Shown: piece after piece, positions 1-9,280 of the stretch | Numbering within the stretch: position 1 is the stretch's first letter | How the letters are laid out: each line of letters begins with the position of its first letter | NCBI GenBank assembly: GCA_041658605.1 | Contig: JBAZZU010000009.1 | Span: 6,032-70,031 of the forward strand | DNA: 64,000 bases | Reading direction: 5' to 3' | DNA from: Thermoleophilia bacterium | Lineage (GTDB): Bacteria; Actinomycetota; Thermoleophilia; BMS3ABIN01 | Made by a program: the position numbers and the translations under genes | The notes under the pieces: generated by a model | Told to the model about the DNA's origin: nothing | What the model saw: the letters and a program-made list of their open reading frames with translations, nothing else | Database searches by the model: none

Positions 1-53
1 TCTCGGAGTCGACATCACGACTGCACGTTCCAGGAACCGGAGAGCTGTTACGT

Positions 54-911
54 TTGATCTACGGGATCGCGCTGGCGCCATTCGTCCTGTCTGCTGGTCC
101 TCTCGATGACGCCATAAACTACAGGGGGACGGAGGGGGCGCCAAAGAGCCATCTGCTGGCGCTGCTTATACTGATCGTTGCCGCCGCCGCGGTCCTGGCA
201 GTCTCCGCTCGTGCAAGGCGCTGGTCAGCCGGGAAGGAAACGATGGCTGTTTGTCTTTATGCCCTCATCCTGGTGGCAGGACCGCTGGCGCTCCAGCTTG
301 CCAATCAGAGCACGCTGTCAGGGCGCTTCTATGTCTGGGCGGCGCCAATGGTGATGCTGCTCGCTGGCGCAGTAGTGGCAGCTATCCCCGGCAGAAAGCA
401 GTGGTTTGCTGGCGGCGTCATCACTTTCGCGCTGTTTGTCCTGGCGGTCTGGACTGTCGCCTGGCTTCCCGACCGGGACGCCGACTGGCGCGGCCTGATG
501 GGCGCGGTCGCGGACCAGAAACAGGAAGGTGACCGCATGCTCTGCTTCCCGTTGCACAACTGCGTGATCGCGGCCGGATATTATCTTCCGGGTGATATGT
601 CCATCGTGGGAGGAATGCCCTCCATGTCTGACAGTCGAGTATTTATTATGCCCGAGGGAGCCGGGTGGACCGGCTACAGGTCCGGATATTGGGCGGGCAC
701 CGGTGCCTCGCCGCCGCTGGGAGGCGGTGAGCTGGAAGCGCGGCTTTCGCGTGACCTTGCCGGGGCGGACAGGGTCTGGCTCGTGGCCGAACCGGAGATG
801 CTTAAAAAATATCCGTCTGCAGGGGCGGCGCTTGGCGGCGGCTGGACGGAAGCCGGATCCTGGGATTACGGATACTTCAGGCTGGGTTTGTTTGAGCGCC
901 GCAACGATTAA
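54..911 (+). CDS. Hypothetical polytopic membrane protein (N-terminal hydrophobic segments). May be truncated at the window start.
   Basis: ORF with several hydrophobic stretches (LLALLILIVAAAAVLAV, LILVAGPLAL, MVMLLAGAVVAAI). No recognisable catalytic motif. The first ATG at 54 may not be the true start because the window begins at 1. Confidence 0.3.
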   Translation: MIYGIALAPFVLSAGPLDDAINYRGTEGAPKSHLLALLILIVAAAAVLAVSARARRWSAGKETMAVCLYALILVAGPLALQLANQSTLSGRFYVWAAPMVMLLAGAVVAAIPGRKQWFAGGVITFALFVLAVWTVAWLPDRDADWRGLMGAVADQKQEGDRMLCFPLHNCVIAAGYYLPGDMSIVGGMPSMSDSRVFIMPEGAGWTGYRSGYWAGTGASPPLGGGELEARLSRDLAGADRVWLVAEPEMLKKYPSAGAALGGGWTEAGSWDYGYFRLGLFERRND

Positions 912-956
912 TCATTCAATCCGGCCGGCGACAAGGCGGGAGCCCCGCGGGTTCAT

Positions 957-1976
957 CTATTCCTTAAGGAGGGCGGCAGCCTCTTCCGGAGGTACGGTGT
1001 TGACCCAGACTCCCGCTCCGAGCTCAAGTCCGCCCGCCATCGTAAGTCGTGGCAGTATCTCGATATGCCAGTGATAGGGACGGGACTCTCCGTGCAGGGG
1101 GTACGTGTGGATCCAGTAATTGAACGGCGGGTCGCCCAGACGCTCCTTGTAGCGGACGAGGAGGTCCGTCAACACCCGGGATAGCTCCTCGAGGTTCTGG
1201 TTCTTTTCAAACGACGGCTGGTGATTTTTTGGCACGATCCACGATTCGTACGGCAGCCTTGACGCAAACGGGCTGAATACGAGGAAATTTTCCGTCGACA
1301 TGATCACCCGGGAATTCTTTTCCTGCTCCTCGCGAACGATGTCACAGAGAATGCAGCCTACGCGGCCGGGATTGCCGAAGGCGAAACCGTCCATCTCCAT
1401 GTCCACGGTCGGCGGGATGAACGGTAGCCCGAAAAGCTGCGAATGTGAATGTTCCAGGGAAGAGGCCGCCGCCGCCTTGTGGTTGCGGATGATATGTACG
1501 TATGAAGTCCGGCCCCCGTCCTTGTGGGCCTGGATGCGGTCACGATACATCTCCAGCATGGCCTGGACCTGATGGGCGCCGATGTCCCATGGGGTCTTGT
1601 TGTGATCGGGGGTATCGACGATGACCTCGCTCGAGCCCACCGCGGGGCGCAGGTCCGGCGATACTGCGCGCTCGCCACCACCACCGGGGACATCGCTGAC
1701 AAGAATAGGAAATTTGTTAGGCATCGTACGGACCTTCCAGCCCGGCGTATCACACTCTCCCTCGGGCCGGTTGGCGCAGATCTCCGGCGGCGTGCGTTCT
1801 TCGCGGCCGGGGCAGAAGGGGCATTGGTCGTCAGGCTGGTCCTTGCCCGGTTCGGGTCCCGGGGCATGGGGGCGTTTTCCGCGGCCCGCTGCCAGGATGA
1901 CCCACTCCGAGGTAATGGGGTCTCGTCTCAGTTCCGGCTGTACGGGCAGATCCGGCTGCTTTGTATCCTCCGCCAC
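957..1976 (-). CDS. galT: Galactose-1-phosphate uridylyltransferase (GalT, HIT superfamily)
   Basis: CPFCPG zinc-site motif near the N-terminus, HSHSQLF (HxHxQ) active-site motif, and a length of about 340 aa typical of GalT-class uridylyltransferases. Confidence 0.65.
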   Translation of the reverse strand: MAEDTKQPDLPVQPELRRDPITSEWVILAAGRGKRPHAPGPEPGKDQPDDQCPFCPGREERTPPEICANRPEGECDTPGWKVRTMPNKFPILVSDVPGGGGERAVSPDLRPAVGSSEVIVDTPDHNKTPWDIGAHQVQAMLEMYRDRIQAHKDGGRTSYVHIIRNHKAAAASSLEHSHSQLFGLPFIPPTVDMEMDGFAFGNPGRVGCILCDIVREEQEKNSRVIMSTENFLVFSPFASRLPYESWIVPKNHQPSFEKNQNLEELSRVLTDLLVRYKERLGDPPFNYWIHTYPLHGESRPYHWHIEILPRLTMAGGLELGAGVWVNTVPPEEAAALLKE

Positions 1977-1982
1977 CCGGTC

Positions 1983-2291
1983 TCAGCCAGCCCAGGGTTC
2001 TAGGGTCCACTCGCCGGTCCCGGCGTCGAGGGCTATGTCGTAGCTTCTGCCGTCATGCGCGTGAACGCGGAAGAGCGTCTTTAAGTGACGCCCCTCGGCG
2101 GCCTCGACCTGCCAGCGTTTCTTGACCGACAGGACCGTGAGCTTCTTTCCGTCGAGCTCAAACGAGCGTGGCGACTCGTCCTTCTTGAATCCGGACCAGG
2201 CATGGACGGTTATGGGCCTGCTTTTTGATTTGTCTGTACCGGCGCCGGCGTCTCTTGCCTTGTCCGGCTGTACTTTCTTTTGAATCGACAT
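1983..2291 (-). CDS. Small hypothetical protein (about 102 aa)
   Basis: ORF 1983..2345. The internal ATG (MSIQKK...) at 2291 is preceded by GAGGGAGG on the coding strand, so it is the likely start. No recognisable domain. Confidence 0.3.
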   Translation of the reverse strand: MSIQKKVQPDKARDAGAGTDKSKSRPITVHAWSGFKKDESPRSFELDGKKLTVLSVKKRWQVEAAEGRHLKTLFRVHAHDGRSYDIALDAGTGEWTLEPWAG

Positions 2292-2366
2292 GGTAGCCTC
2301 CCTCTTTTCGGACGGGCCGGTCTCCTGGATTATTTCAAACCGCAACCGCGTCCCGGTCAGCGAACA

Positions 2367-3629
2367 TTATAACGGGTTATGCGTGTTTGGCACAGGCGTA
2401 GCCGGTCCGGGGTTCTGGCGCATGGCCATCAGAAGCACCAGCATGGCTGTCAGCCCCGTCGCCGCTCCAAAGAAGAACGGCGTCCGTGCTCCCGCCGCGT
2501 CCCATAAAAGGCCCGCGGTCAGGCTGGAAAAGAAAGTCAGTATGCCGGTAAGCGTATTGTAGGTGCCGAGAGCCGTGCCAGCAGCCTCACGCGGAGCCAT
2601 GTCGGCGACGAAAGCTTTCCCTACCCCTTCTGTCATCGCCATGTAGAGTCCATAGATGGTAAAGAGCGGCCAGACCGCCATTGAGTCACCGGCAAGAGCG
2701 AAGCCCAGATAGACCAGGGAAAAAACGAGGAAGCCCGCGGCGATCACGCGCCGCCGGCCGATGCGGTCCGACAGCGAGCCTGCCGGCATGGAAAAAACGC
2801 CGTATACAAGATTATAGATAACATAGGCAAAAACGGCTGCCATGGCTGAGAGCCCGAGGTCCCTGGCCCTGAGGATGATGAATGCGTCGCTGGAATTGCC
2901 GATTGCGAAGATGGCGCTGGCGAGCAGGAACAGTTTGAAGCGGCGGTCGAATTGCGACAGCGACAGGCGGGGCGGATGCCCGTGTGAGTGGTCGCGCTTT
3001 CTTTCGCGGATAAAAAAAAGACTGACTACGCCGAGTGCGCCGGGAATCGCCGAGAGGAGGAATATCGTGCGGTAGCGCTCCCCGATCAATGCCAGGGCTA
3101 CAAGCGCAAGCAGCGCCCCCAGCGAGGCGCCCGCCGTATCGGCCGCGCGGTGGAAGCCGAAGACACGGCCGCGGGTGGCCGGTTCCGATGAATCGGCGAT
3201 GAGCGCGTCGCGCGGCGCGACGCGAATCCCCTTCCCCAGCCGGTCGCCGAACCTCAGGGCGAGGACCATGGGCCAGGCAAAGGCGGCGGCCAGCAGCGGT
3301 TTGGCGACGGCGGAGATGCCGTACCCGATGATCGTCAGCGGCCTGCGCCGAGGCATGCGGTCCGACAGCCAGCCTGAGTAGACCTTGAGGATGCTGGCAG
3401 TGCTCTCAGCTATCCCCTCGATAAGGCCCACAACTGCGAAGGGAGCGCCGAGAACGGAGGTCAGGAAGAGCGGAACCAGCGGGTAGACGATCTCGCTGGA
3501 GAGGTCGGTAAGAAAGCTGGTTATTCCCAGGATGAAGACATTGCGGCTGATGCCGGGGACGGGAGATTCCGGATCGGGGTTTTTGGGAGGCGTCATATAA
3601 AAACTCCGGTTTCGACTTGAAGGGGACAC
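2367..3629 (-). CDS. MFS-family transporter
   Basis: About 12 predicted TM helices. Loop motif GWLSDRMPRRRP and a second DRIGRRR resemble MFS signature loops. The true start may be the internal Met (MTPPKNP) near 3596. Confidence 0.65.
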   Translation of the reverse strand: MSPSSRNRSFYMTPPKNPDPESPVPGISRNVFILGITSFLTDLSSEIVYPLVPLFLTSVLGAPFAVVGLIEGIAESTASILKVYSGWLSDRMPRRRPLTIIGYGISAVAKPLLAAAFAWPMVLALRFGDRLGKGIRVAPRDALIADSSEPATRGRVFGFHRAADTAGASLGALLALVALALIGERYRTIFLLSAIPGALGVVSLFFIRERKRDHSHGHPPRLSLSQFDRRFKLFLLASAIFAIGNSSDAFIILRARDLGLSAMAAVFAYVIYNLVYGVFSMPAGSLSDRIGRRRVIAAGFLVFSLVYLGFALAGDSMAVWPLFTIYGLYMAMTEGVGKAFVADMAPREAAGTALGTYNTLTGILTFFSSLTAGLLWDAAGARTPFFFGAATGLTAMLVLLMAMRQNPGPATPVPNTHNPL

Positions 3630-3699
3630 CTTACTTAATTCGTACCCTGACTTTCAATAACCTGTACACACTTTCATGAATTAAGTAAGGTGTCCCCGG

Positions 3700-4410
3700 T
3701 CAATGCGGCGGCATCTTCGCATGCTTGAGTATGTAGGCCAGCTCGTCGATGGCGGCTTTTTCGAGCGGCAGCTTCCTGAGACTGGCGACCGCTGATTTGA
3801 CGTCATATTTTACCCGCTTCAGCTCGACCCGACCGTCTTCGAGTACGGCATAACTCGCCTTGGCAATGCCGTCCCGCGGCTGGCCGACGCTGCCGACATT
3901 TACGAGCAGACGCCCCCCGATCTCTTTCATGAACGGCATGTGGGTATGCCCTGTCAGCAGGATGTCGGCCTGTGAAAGCTCGAGTTCGGCCTTCAGATCC
4001 GCATCGCTCGTATCCGGGAAGAGATAGCGGAAGAGATTGTCGCTAGGGGCCCCGTGCACCGCGCAAACTTTAAGCCCGTCGAGGTCGAGTGTTACGATGG
4101 TCTCAGGCCTGCCTGTCCAGTCGATCTGCTCACGGCTGAGCACCTGCCGCATATATTCGCGGGTGATCACGGACAGGTGTTTGAAGGCACTGCCGCAGGC
4201 ACAGTCGACCCAGAACGCCAGGGCGTTGTCGTGGTTGCCGCGGACACGAACCAGTGGTATTTCCAGCTTCCTGAGGTATTCGATGCAGGCGGCGGGGCCG
4301 GGGCCGTAATCGACGATATCACCCAGGCATATGACCGAGTCGCACGGCTCTTCGATAGCCATCAGCGCGTCGATGTTGGCATGGATATCGGAGATGACCA
4401 GCGTTCTCAA
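3700..4410 (-). CDS. Metallophosphoesterase (calcineurin-like, YfcE-type)
   Basis: ISDIHAN, GDIVDYGP, GNHD and GHTH motifs are the canonical metal-binding blocks of calcineurin-like phosphoesterases. Confidence 0.7.
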   Translation of the reverse strand: MRTLVISDIHANIDALMAIEEPCDSVICLGDIVDYGPGPAACIEYLRKLEIPLVRVRGNHDNALAFWVDCACGSAFKHLSVITREYMRQVLSREQIDWTGRPETIVTLDLDGLKVCAVHGAPSDNLFRYLFPDTSDADLKAELELSQADILLTGHTHMPFMKEIGGRLLVNVGSVGQPRDGIAKASYAVLEDGRVELKRVKYDVKSAVASLRKLPLEKAAIDELAYILKHAKMPPH

Positions 4411-4413
4411 GAG

Positions 4414-5901
4414 CTACTCCTGCCCCTGGGTGGCGTAATTGACGATCATCTGGTCTGTGAGCCATTCCACCGGAGCCTTGTCGTCGGTAAGGATAGTGCC
4501 TCCCGGCGGGACTTCCACAAGGCGCGGCGCCAGGAAACGCGCCAGTTTTGCCACTTCCGGTGGCATGACGCCGTCTCTGCCTGCAAGATCCGTCGCCAGT
4601 GTCTCCTCTCTGGTCGCTACGACCAGCTGATTGAACTGCCCGGTCTCGAACGTATATGCGGACGGGAAGACATCGCGCATCGTCGCCGCGATGGCATCGG
4701 CGACGGCGTTGTCCCCGGGGGTCTTTCCAACGTTAATAATGACGACGCCACGGTCGCTCAAGTGGTCGGAGATCTCACGGAAGAACTCGCGGGTCGTCAG
4801 GTAAAAAGGGATATAGGGTTGGCGGAAGGCGTCGACGGCGATGAGGTCCCAGGTCTTGTCGCTGGTCTTGAGGTAGGGCCGTCCGTCGGTCACGTGCAAT
4901 GTCAGGCCGGGCTCGTTCATGTCGAAGTACCTCCGGCCCGCCTCGACGACGTCGGGATCGATCTCAACCCCGTCGATTTTGATATCCGGGTAGAAATATG
5001 TCAGTTGCCGTGGTATGGTGCCGGCTGCGTTGCCGATGACGAGCGCGCTTTCGGGCGATTTGGCGGAAGCAAACCACGGGGCCACGCTGAAATAATCCCA
5101 GTAAGCTCCGGTCAGCAGCCGGTCCGGGTTATAGATGGAATGTACTGCCCAACCCTCGTTGAGTTTTAAATACCTGGTGCCGCTCTTCTCGGTGACCTGG
5201 ATGTAATGGTATGGAGACTCGGTTTCGAAGATGCTGCTGGCGTCCGGTTTGATCGCCCCCTGGGGTATTGCAATACCGGCAAGCAGGACAAGCGGGGCAC
5301 CGACGAAGATTCTGCGCCCCAGTCCTGCCGCTGAAACCGCCGCCAGCGCACCGGCGAAGACGAGCATCGTGTTCCTGGTCCCGATCCAGGGAATTAGCAA
5401 GAGCACCGGCAGGAATGTCCCCACGATGCTGCCGACCGTCGAGAGCGCGTAGAGGCTTCCGGAAACGTTGCCCGCGGTCTCGACCCCGGTCACCCGCAGG
5501 CGGATGGCGAACGGGGCCACCATCCCCAGGATGGTCACCGGAACGGCGAACAGGAGTACGGTGACGGCGAAAGATCCGATGAACGCGCCGGCTGAGATCT
5601 GCTCGAGTCCCCTGATGGCCAGCCCCATGATCGGGCGTGCGATAAAGGGAAGGATCGCGATGGACACGGCCGCCGCCATCGTCAGCGTGCATAGCAGGCG
5701 CGGTTCCGGCCTGCGGTCGGCGAGCCTGCCGCCGAGGTAGTAGCCCGCCGTGAGGTATATGAGGATCAGGCCGATCAGGTTGGCCCAGATGTAGAGGGAG
5801 TTGCCGAAGTACGGCGCCATCAGCCGCGAGGCCGACATCTCGGTGGCCATGGTCGTCATGCCGGCTGTGAATACCAGTATGTACAGCAGCGCGCGAGGCA
5901 A
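4414..5901 (-). CDS. Fused multi-TM domain / spermidine-synthase-like aminopropyltransferase
   Basis: N-terminal half has about 7 TM helices. C-terminal half has a SpeE-like fold (ALVIGNAAGT SAM-binding glycine-rich block, DLIAVDAF). This fused architecture is known in high-GC Gram-positives. Confidence 0.6.
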   Translation of the reverse strand: MPRALLYILVFTAGMTTMATEMSASRLMAPYFGNSLYIWANLIGLILIYLTAGYYLGGRLADRRPEPRLLCTLTMAAAVSIAILPFIARPIMGLAIRGLEQISAGAFIGSFAVTVLLFAVPVTILGMVAPFAIRLRVTGVETAGNVSGSLYALSTVGSIVGTFLPVLLLIPWIGTRNTMLVFAGALAAVSAAGLGRRIFVGAPLVLLAGIAIPQGAIKPDASSIFETESPYHYIQVTEKSGTRYLKLNEGWAVHSIYNPDRLLTGAYWDYFSVAPWFASAKSPESALVIGNAAGTIPRQLTYFYPDIKIDGVEIDPDVVEAGRRYFDMNEPGLTLHVTDGRPYLKTSDKTWDLIAVDAFRQPYIPFYLTTREFFREISDHLSDRGVVIINVGKTPGDNAVADAIAATMRDVFPSAYTFETGQFNQLVVATREETLATDLAGRDGVMPPEVAKLARFLAPRLVEVPPGGTILTDDKAPVEWLTDQMIVNYATQGQE

Positions 5902-6366
5902 CTAGTCTTCCAGTTCCCTGCGGCGCTGTTCCGGTTCGTAAGTGTGGTCTTCGGAGTCGGGCCCGTAGGGCTCGTCGGGAGTGAGGATGCGGATCGTCTT
6001 GTGCTCGATCGCGCGCATGAGGCGGCGTTTGGCAAACAGTCGTACGATGCGCCTTACCGGAGGCAGAAGAAGCAGCAACCCCACGATATCGGTGATATAG
6101 CCGGGTGTAAGCAGGAGCAGGGCGCCGGCGAGGATCATCGCCCCGTCGATCAGCGAGTCCCCGGGCATCTTGCCGAAGCGGAGCTCGTCCTGGATCCGCG
6201 CGACGACCGCGTAGCCCTGGCGTTTTGCCAGCGCCGCACCCGCGACGCTGATAACGAGCAGCACCAGGATCGTCACGCCATAACCAAACTGCGAGCCGAT
6301 CTCGATGATGACCAGCAGCTCGAGCAGGGGGACCGTTATGAATAATGCCAGCATGATCATGAACAT
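5902..6366 (-). CDS. fxsA: FxsA family membrane protein
   Basis: N-terminal LLELLVIIEIG motif, two TM helices and the conserved GALLLLTPGYITDIVGLLLLLPPVR block typical of FxsA. Confidence 0.6.
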   Translation of the reverse strand: MFMIMLALFITVPLLELLVIIEIGSQFGYGVTILVLLVISVAGAALAKRQGYAVVARIQDELRFGKMPGDSLIDGAMILAGALLLLTPGYITDIVGLLLLLPPVRRIVRLFAKRRLMRAIEHKTIRILTPDEPYGPDSEDHTYEPEQRRRELED

Positions 6367-6429
6367 GGCATCAATTCTCTACCCGCTGATGGGGGAAATA
6401 CAAACTGGTCAGGGGCAGAAACAGAACAA

Positions 6430-6939
6430 TCAGGCGATCAGCCCGCCAACCTCTTCGGCGACCAGCTCACATACACGCCTGACCGCCGCTTCCACCGATG
6501 GAGAAAGACGCCGGTCGTCGGGGATGACGCTGGCCACCTGCACGGCGAAGACGATCACCTCGGGGTCGGCGCCCAGGAGGCGCGCGTTGGTCACGAGATG
6601 GGGCACGCCCATGCCGTGGATGTTGTTGGAGCGCAGGTTCATGACGTCGGCTTCGTCCGGGTTGAAGCGGAAGATGGCTCCGGGCTCGGCACTGGCGTCG
6701 ATTGCGTCGATCACCATGACCACATCGGAATCGAGGAAGTGTTTGAGCAGCCCCATGCCGGCGGTGTTGCCGATTACTACATTGACGTTCGGACCGAGGG
6801 CCTGAGCGTCAAGCTCCTCGACCACGAAGATGCCCAGGCCGTCATCACCCATGAGGGTGTTGCCGACGCCGAGGATGGTGACAGAGGGGGCGGCGCCTTC
6901 GGCGCCGCCCCCGTCGACTTTATTCAATTGATCCGGCAC
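6430..6939 (-). CDS. Hydrogenase maturation endopeptidase (HyaD/HybD/HupD family)
   Basis: ILGVGNTLMGDDGLG N-terminal motif, about 165 aa, final gene of a hydrogenase operon. Confidence 0.75.
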   Translation of the reverse strand: MPDQLNKVDGGGAEGAAPSVTILGVGNTLMGDDGLGIFVVEELDAQALGPNVNVVIGNTAGMGLLKHFLDSDVVMVIDAIDASAEPGAIFRFNPDEADVMNLRSNNIHGMGVPHLVTNARLLGADPEVIVFAVQVASVIPDDRRLSPSVEAAVRRVCELVAEEVGGLIA

Positions 6940-6991
6940 TCGCCCGGCCGCTCGCTGTTTTCCCGTTCGACGTTCCCAAACCGGATGGCAT

Positions 6992-7645
6992 TTATGACCG
7001 TTTCGGCGGCGCGTTCTTGCCCTCGCGCCAGGCGAACATCAGCGGCAGCTCACGCGCCACTTCGGCGATGACCAGATACAGGTGGATAGCCGCGGTACAG
7101 ATGAATATCCACATCAGCAGATAGTGGTAGCTCTTCATCGCCGCCAGGCCGCCCATCGAATATGTAAAGGATTCGAAGAAGGGCTTTGTCGGAGACCAGA
7201 GGCACAAGCCCGTAAGCGTTATCAGCGGTATGAATACAAACGCCCACAGGAGGTACATGCTCTTCTGCAGCGGGTTGAACTTGTATACCGAGGGGTACGT
7301 ATTGCGCAGGAACAGGTAGTACTTGATCGTATCCCGCGCGGTGCCCTCGCCCTCGTGTCTGAACAGGCTGAACCAGTGGTAGTCTTTTCTCTTCACGCGG
7401 CCTCCGGGCGGCGCCGAGCCGGCGCCGAAGAAAGCCCAGTAAATGCGGATAACGGTCGCGAACAGGAACGTCCACATCGCAACCTGATGAATAGATTCAG
7501 CATAACCCATGAAGCCGCTGAAGAACGGACTGTGGATATAGAAGCCCGTGAAGATCAGCAGCACCAGCGACACCATGTGAACAGCGTGCATGATGATAGC
7601 CGGCCGCGGGTGTTCTTCTCTTGTGGGCGGGATGCCTCTGGACAT
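6992..7645 (-). CDS. [NiFe]-hydrogenase b-type cytochrome subunit (HyaC/HupC-like)
   Basis: Four TM helices with conserved His residues, about 215 aa. The start is 7 nt downstream of the large-subunit stop. Confidence 0.75.
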   Translation of the reverse strand: MSRGIPPTREEHPRPAIIMHAVHMVSLVLLIFTGFYIHSPFFSGFMGYAESIHQVAMWTFLFATVIRIYWAFFGAGSAPPGGRVKRKDYHWFSLFRHEGEGTARDTIKYYLFLRNTYPSVYKFNPLQKSMYLLWAFVFIPLITLTGLCLWSPTKPFFESFTYSMGGLAAMKSYHYLLMWIFICTAAIHLYLVIAEVARELPLMFAWREGKNAPPKRS

Positions 7646-7651
7646 GGCCGC

Positions 7652-9280
7652 CTACCTTACCTGGAACTTGAGGACTTTGTTGGATTTCGGTTCAATCACG
7701 TGAACCGCGCACGCCATTCATGGATCGAATGTGTGAACGGTTCGCAATATCTCCAGCGGTTTGGCCGGATCGGCGACCGGTGTTCCAACCAGCGCTTCCT
7801 CGACCGGTCCCCGCACTCCCTTGTCGTCACGCGGTGACAGGTTCCAATTGGAGGGCGGCACCGCGGCATAGGTGTCGATCTTTTCGCCCTTTATCTTCGT
7901 GTAATGGGAAAGCGCGCCGCGCGGGGCGTCCCAGCCGCTCTGGCCGGTGCCGTCCTTGCTGAAATCGATCTCGTTGTAGACATTGGTCTCGCCCTTGCCG
8001 ATATTGTCGAGCAGCTCGTCGGCCCAGCGCAGGGCGTTGTCGGAATTCACCTTGGCCTTGATCACGCGCGCCGCGACCCGTCCGAGGTTGGAAAGCAACA
8101 CCGTCGGGTTTCCTGCCTGCCCGACAGCCGCCAGGGTATCGTCGACCAGCTTCTTGACCTCGGGCCTGCCCGCAAGGTATGCGACCAACACCTGGGCCAG
8201 CGGGCCGACTTCCATGGGCCTGTCTTCCTTGCCATAACGGACCGCCTGGGTCCAGTCGTACTTGCCCTCCGGCAGTCCCTCGCCTTCCATCGGCGGCATC
8301 TTTGTGAAATTGATCGGCTCCTGTCCTACGTCCAGCGGATGCTTGCCGGCGCCGACGCCGTCGTCGAACCAGGAGTGCTTGGTGTACTGCCGCACATCGT
8401 TGAGATCGACTTTCTCCAGCGCCAGCTTGCCGTCGAAAATGCCTCCGCGCGGGAAGAGCCGGTCGTACGGGTCCTGGCTTTTTTCGTCCAGAACGCCCCA
8501 GGTGAGGAAATTGCCGACGCCCTTGCCGTAGGTGGCAAGGTCGAGGTAATAGGGCGCGATGGCCAGCAGGTCGGGCACCATCACGGTGTCGATGAAGGTC
8601 TTGATGTCGGCCATCTGTGATTTGTAATACTCGATTTCCTCGATGCCGGGCATCTGCGTGACTCCACCCGGAACATAGTTGTTGATCATCGGATAGCGTC
8701 CGCCGAGCATGGCGCCGGCGTCGCAGGCTTTCTGCTGGATCTCCAGCGCCTGCAGGTAATGTGCCGTGATCTCAAGATCCATGTCCGGAGGCAGCATGTA
8801 GCCGGGGTGATCCCAGTACATGTTTGCGAAAGGCCCGAGCTGGCCGGAATCGACGATCGCCTTGACCTGCGCCTGAACCGCCTTGAGGCCGGGGGTCGTC
8901 GGATTTGCCTTGAGAGCGTTGGGTACGTTGACGTAATCGAAGCCGTTCAGCTGATAAAACCAGAGGATATGGTCATAACCCAGCTGTGTGGCCTCCATCA
9001 TGTTCCTGATGAGCCTGGCGCTGTCGGGCATCTTGTCCATCCCCATCGCCGTCTCTACGGCCCGCACCGAGTTGAAGGCGTGCGGCGTCGGGCAGACACC
9101 GCAGATGCGCTGGGCGAACTGCCATATACCCTTGGGATCACGGTTCTTCATGAAGATCTCAAAACCGCGGAACATCGTCGCTGTGTTCCAGGCGTCCGTT
9201 ACCTTGCCGTTCTCCACCGTGCAGGTGATTCGAAGGTGGCCTTCTATGCGTGTGATCGGATCGATGACTACTTTTGTCAT
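7652..9280 (-). CDS. [NiFeSe]-hydrogenase large subunit, with selenocysteine encoded by in-frame TGA at 7718-7720 (read-through to TAG at 7652-7654)
   Basis: N-terminal RICGVC nickel-binding motif. The ORF-caller stops at TGA after ...RTVHTFDP. Continuing in frame gives U-MACAVH-VIEPKSNKVLKFQVR-stop, which completes the C-terminal DPCxxCxxH motif with Sec at the first Cys. A 15-aa extension after His follows, the normal substrate for the maturation protease. A 7-bp-stem hairpin (plus 7688..7707) lies about 10 nt after the UGA. Confidence 0.7.
7688..7707 (-). promoter_or_regulatory. Candidate bacterial SECIS hairpin downstream of the UGA in the hydrogenase large-subunit mRNA
   Basis: mRNA CGGUUCA-CGUGAU-UGAACCG (7-bp stem, 6-nt loop containing GU) beginning 10 nt after UGA. 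Confidence 0.45.

Noticed and set aside
4054-5169. 371-aa ORF on the plus strand
   Set aside because: Antisense shadow of the spermidine-synthase-like gene (4414..5901) and the phosphoesterase gene. No motif, biased composition.
7718-7720. Reading TGA here as a genuine stop, giving a large subunit that ends at ...HTFDP
   Set aside because: A [NiFe] large subunit lacking the C-terminal CxxCxxH nickel ligands would be non-functional. The downstream in-frame sequence supplies exactly the missing motif plus a protease-cleavable tail and ends 7 nt before the next gene. Sec recoding is the more economical explanation.
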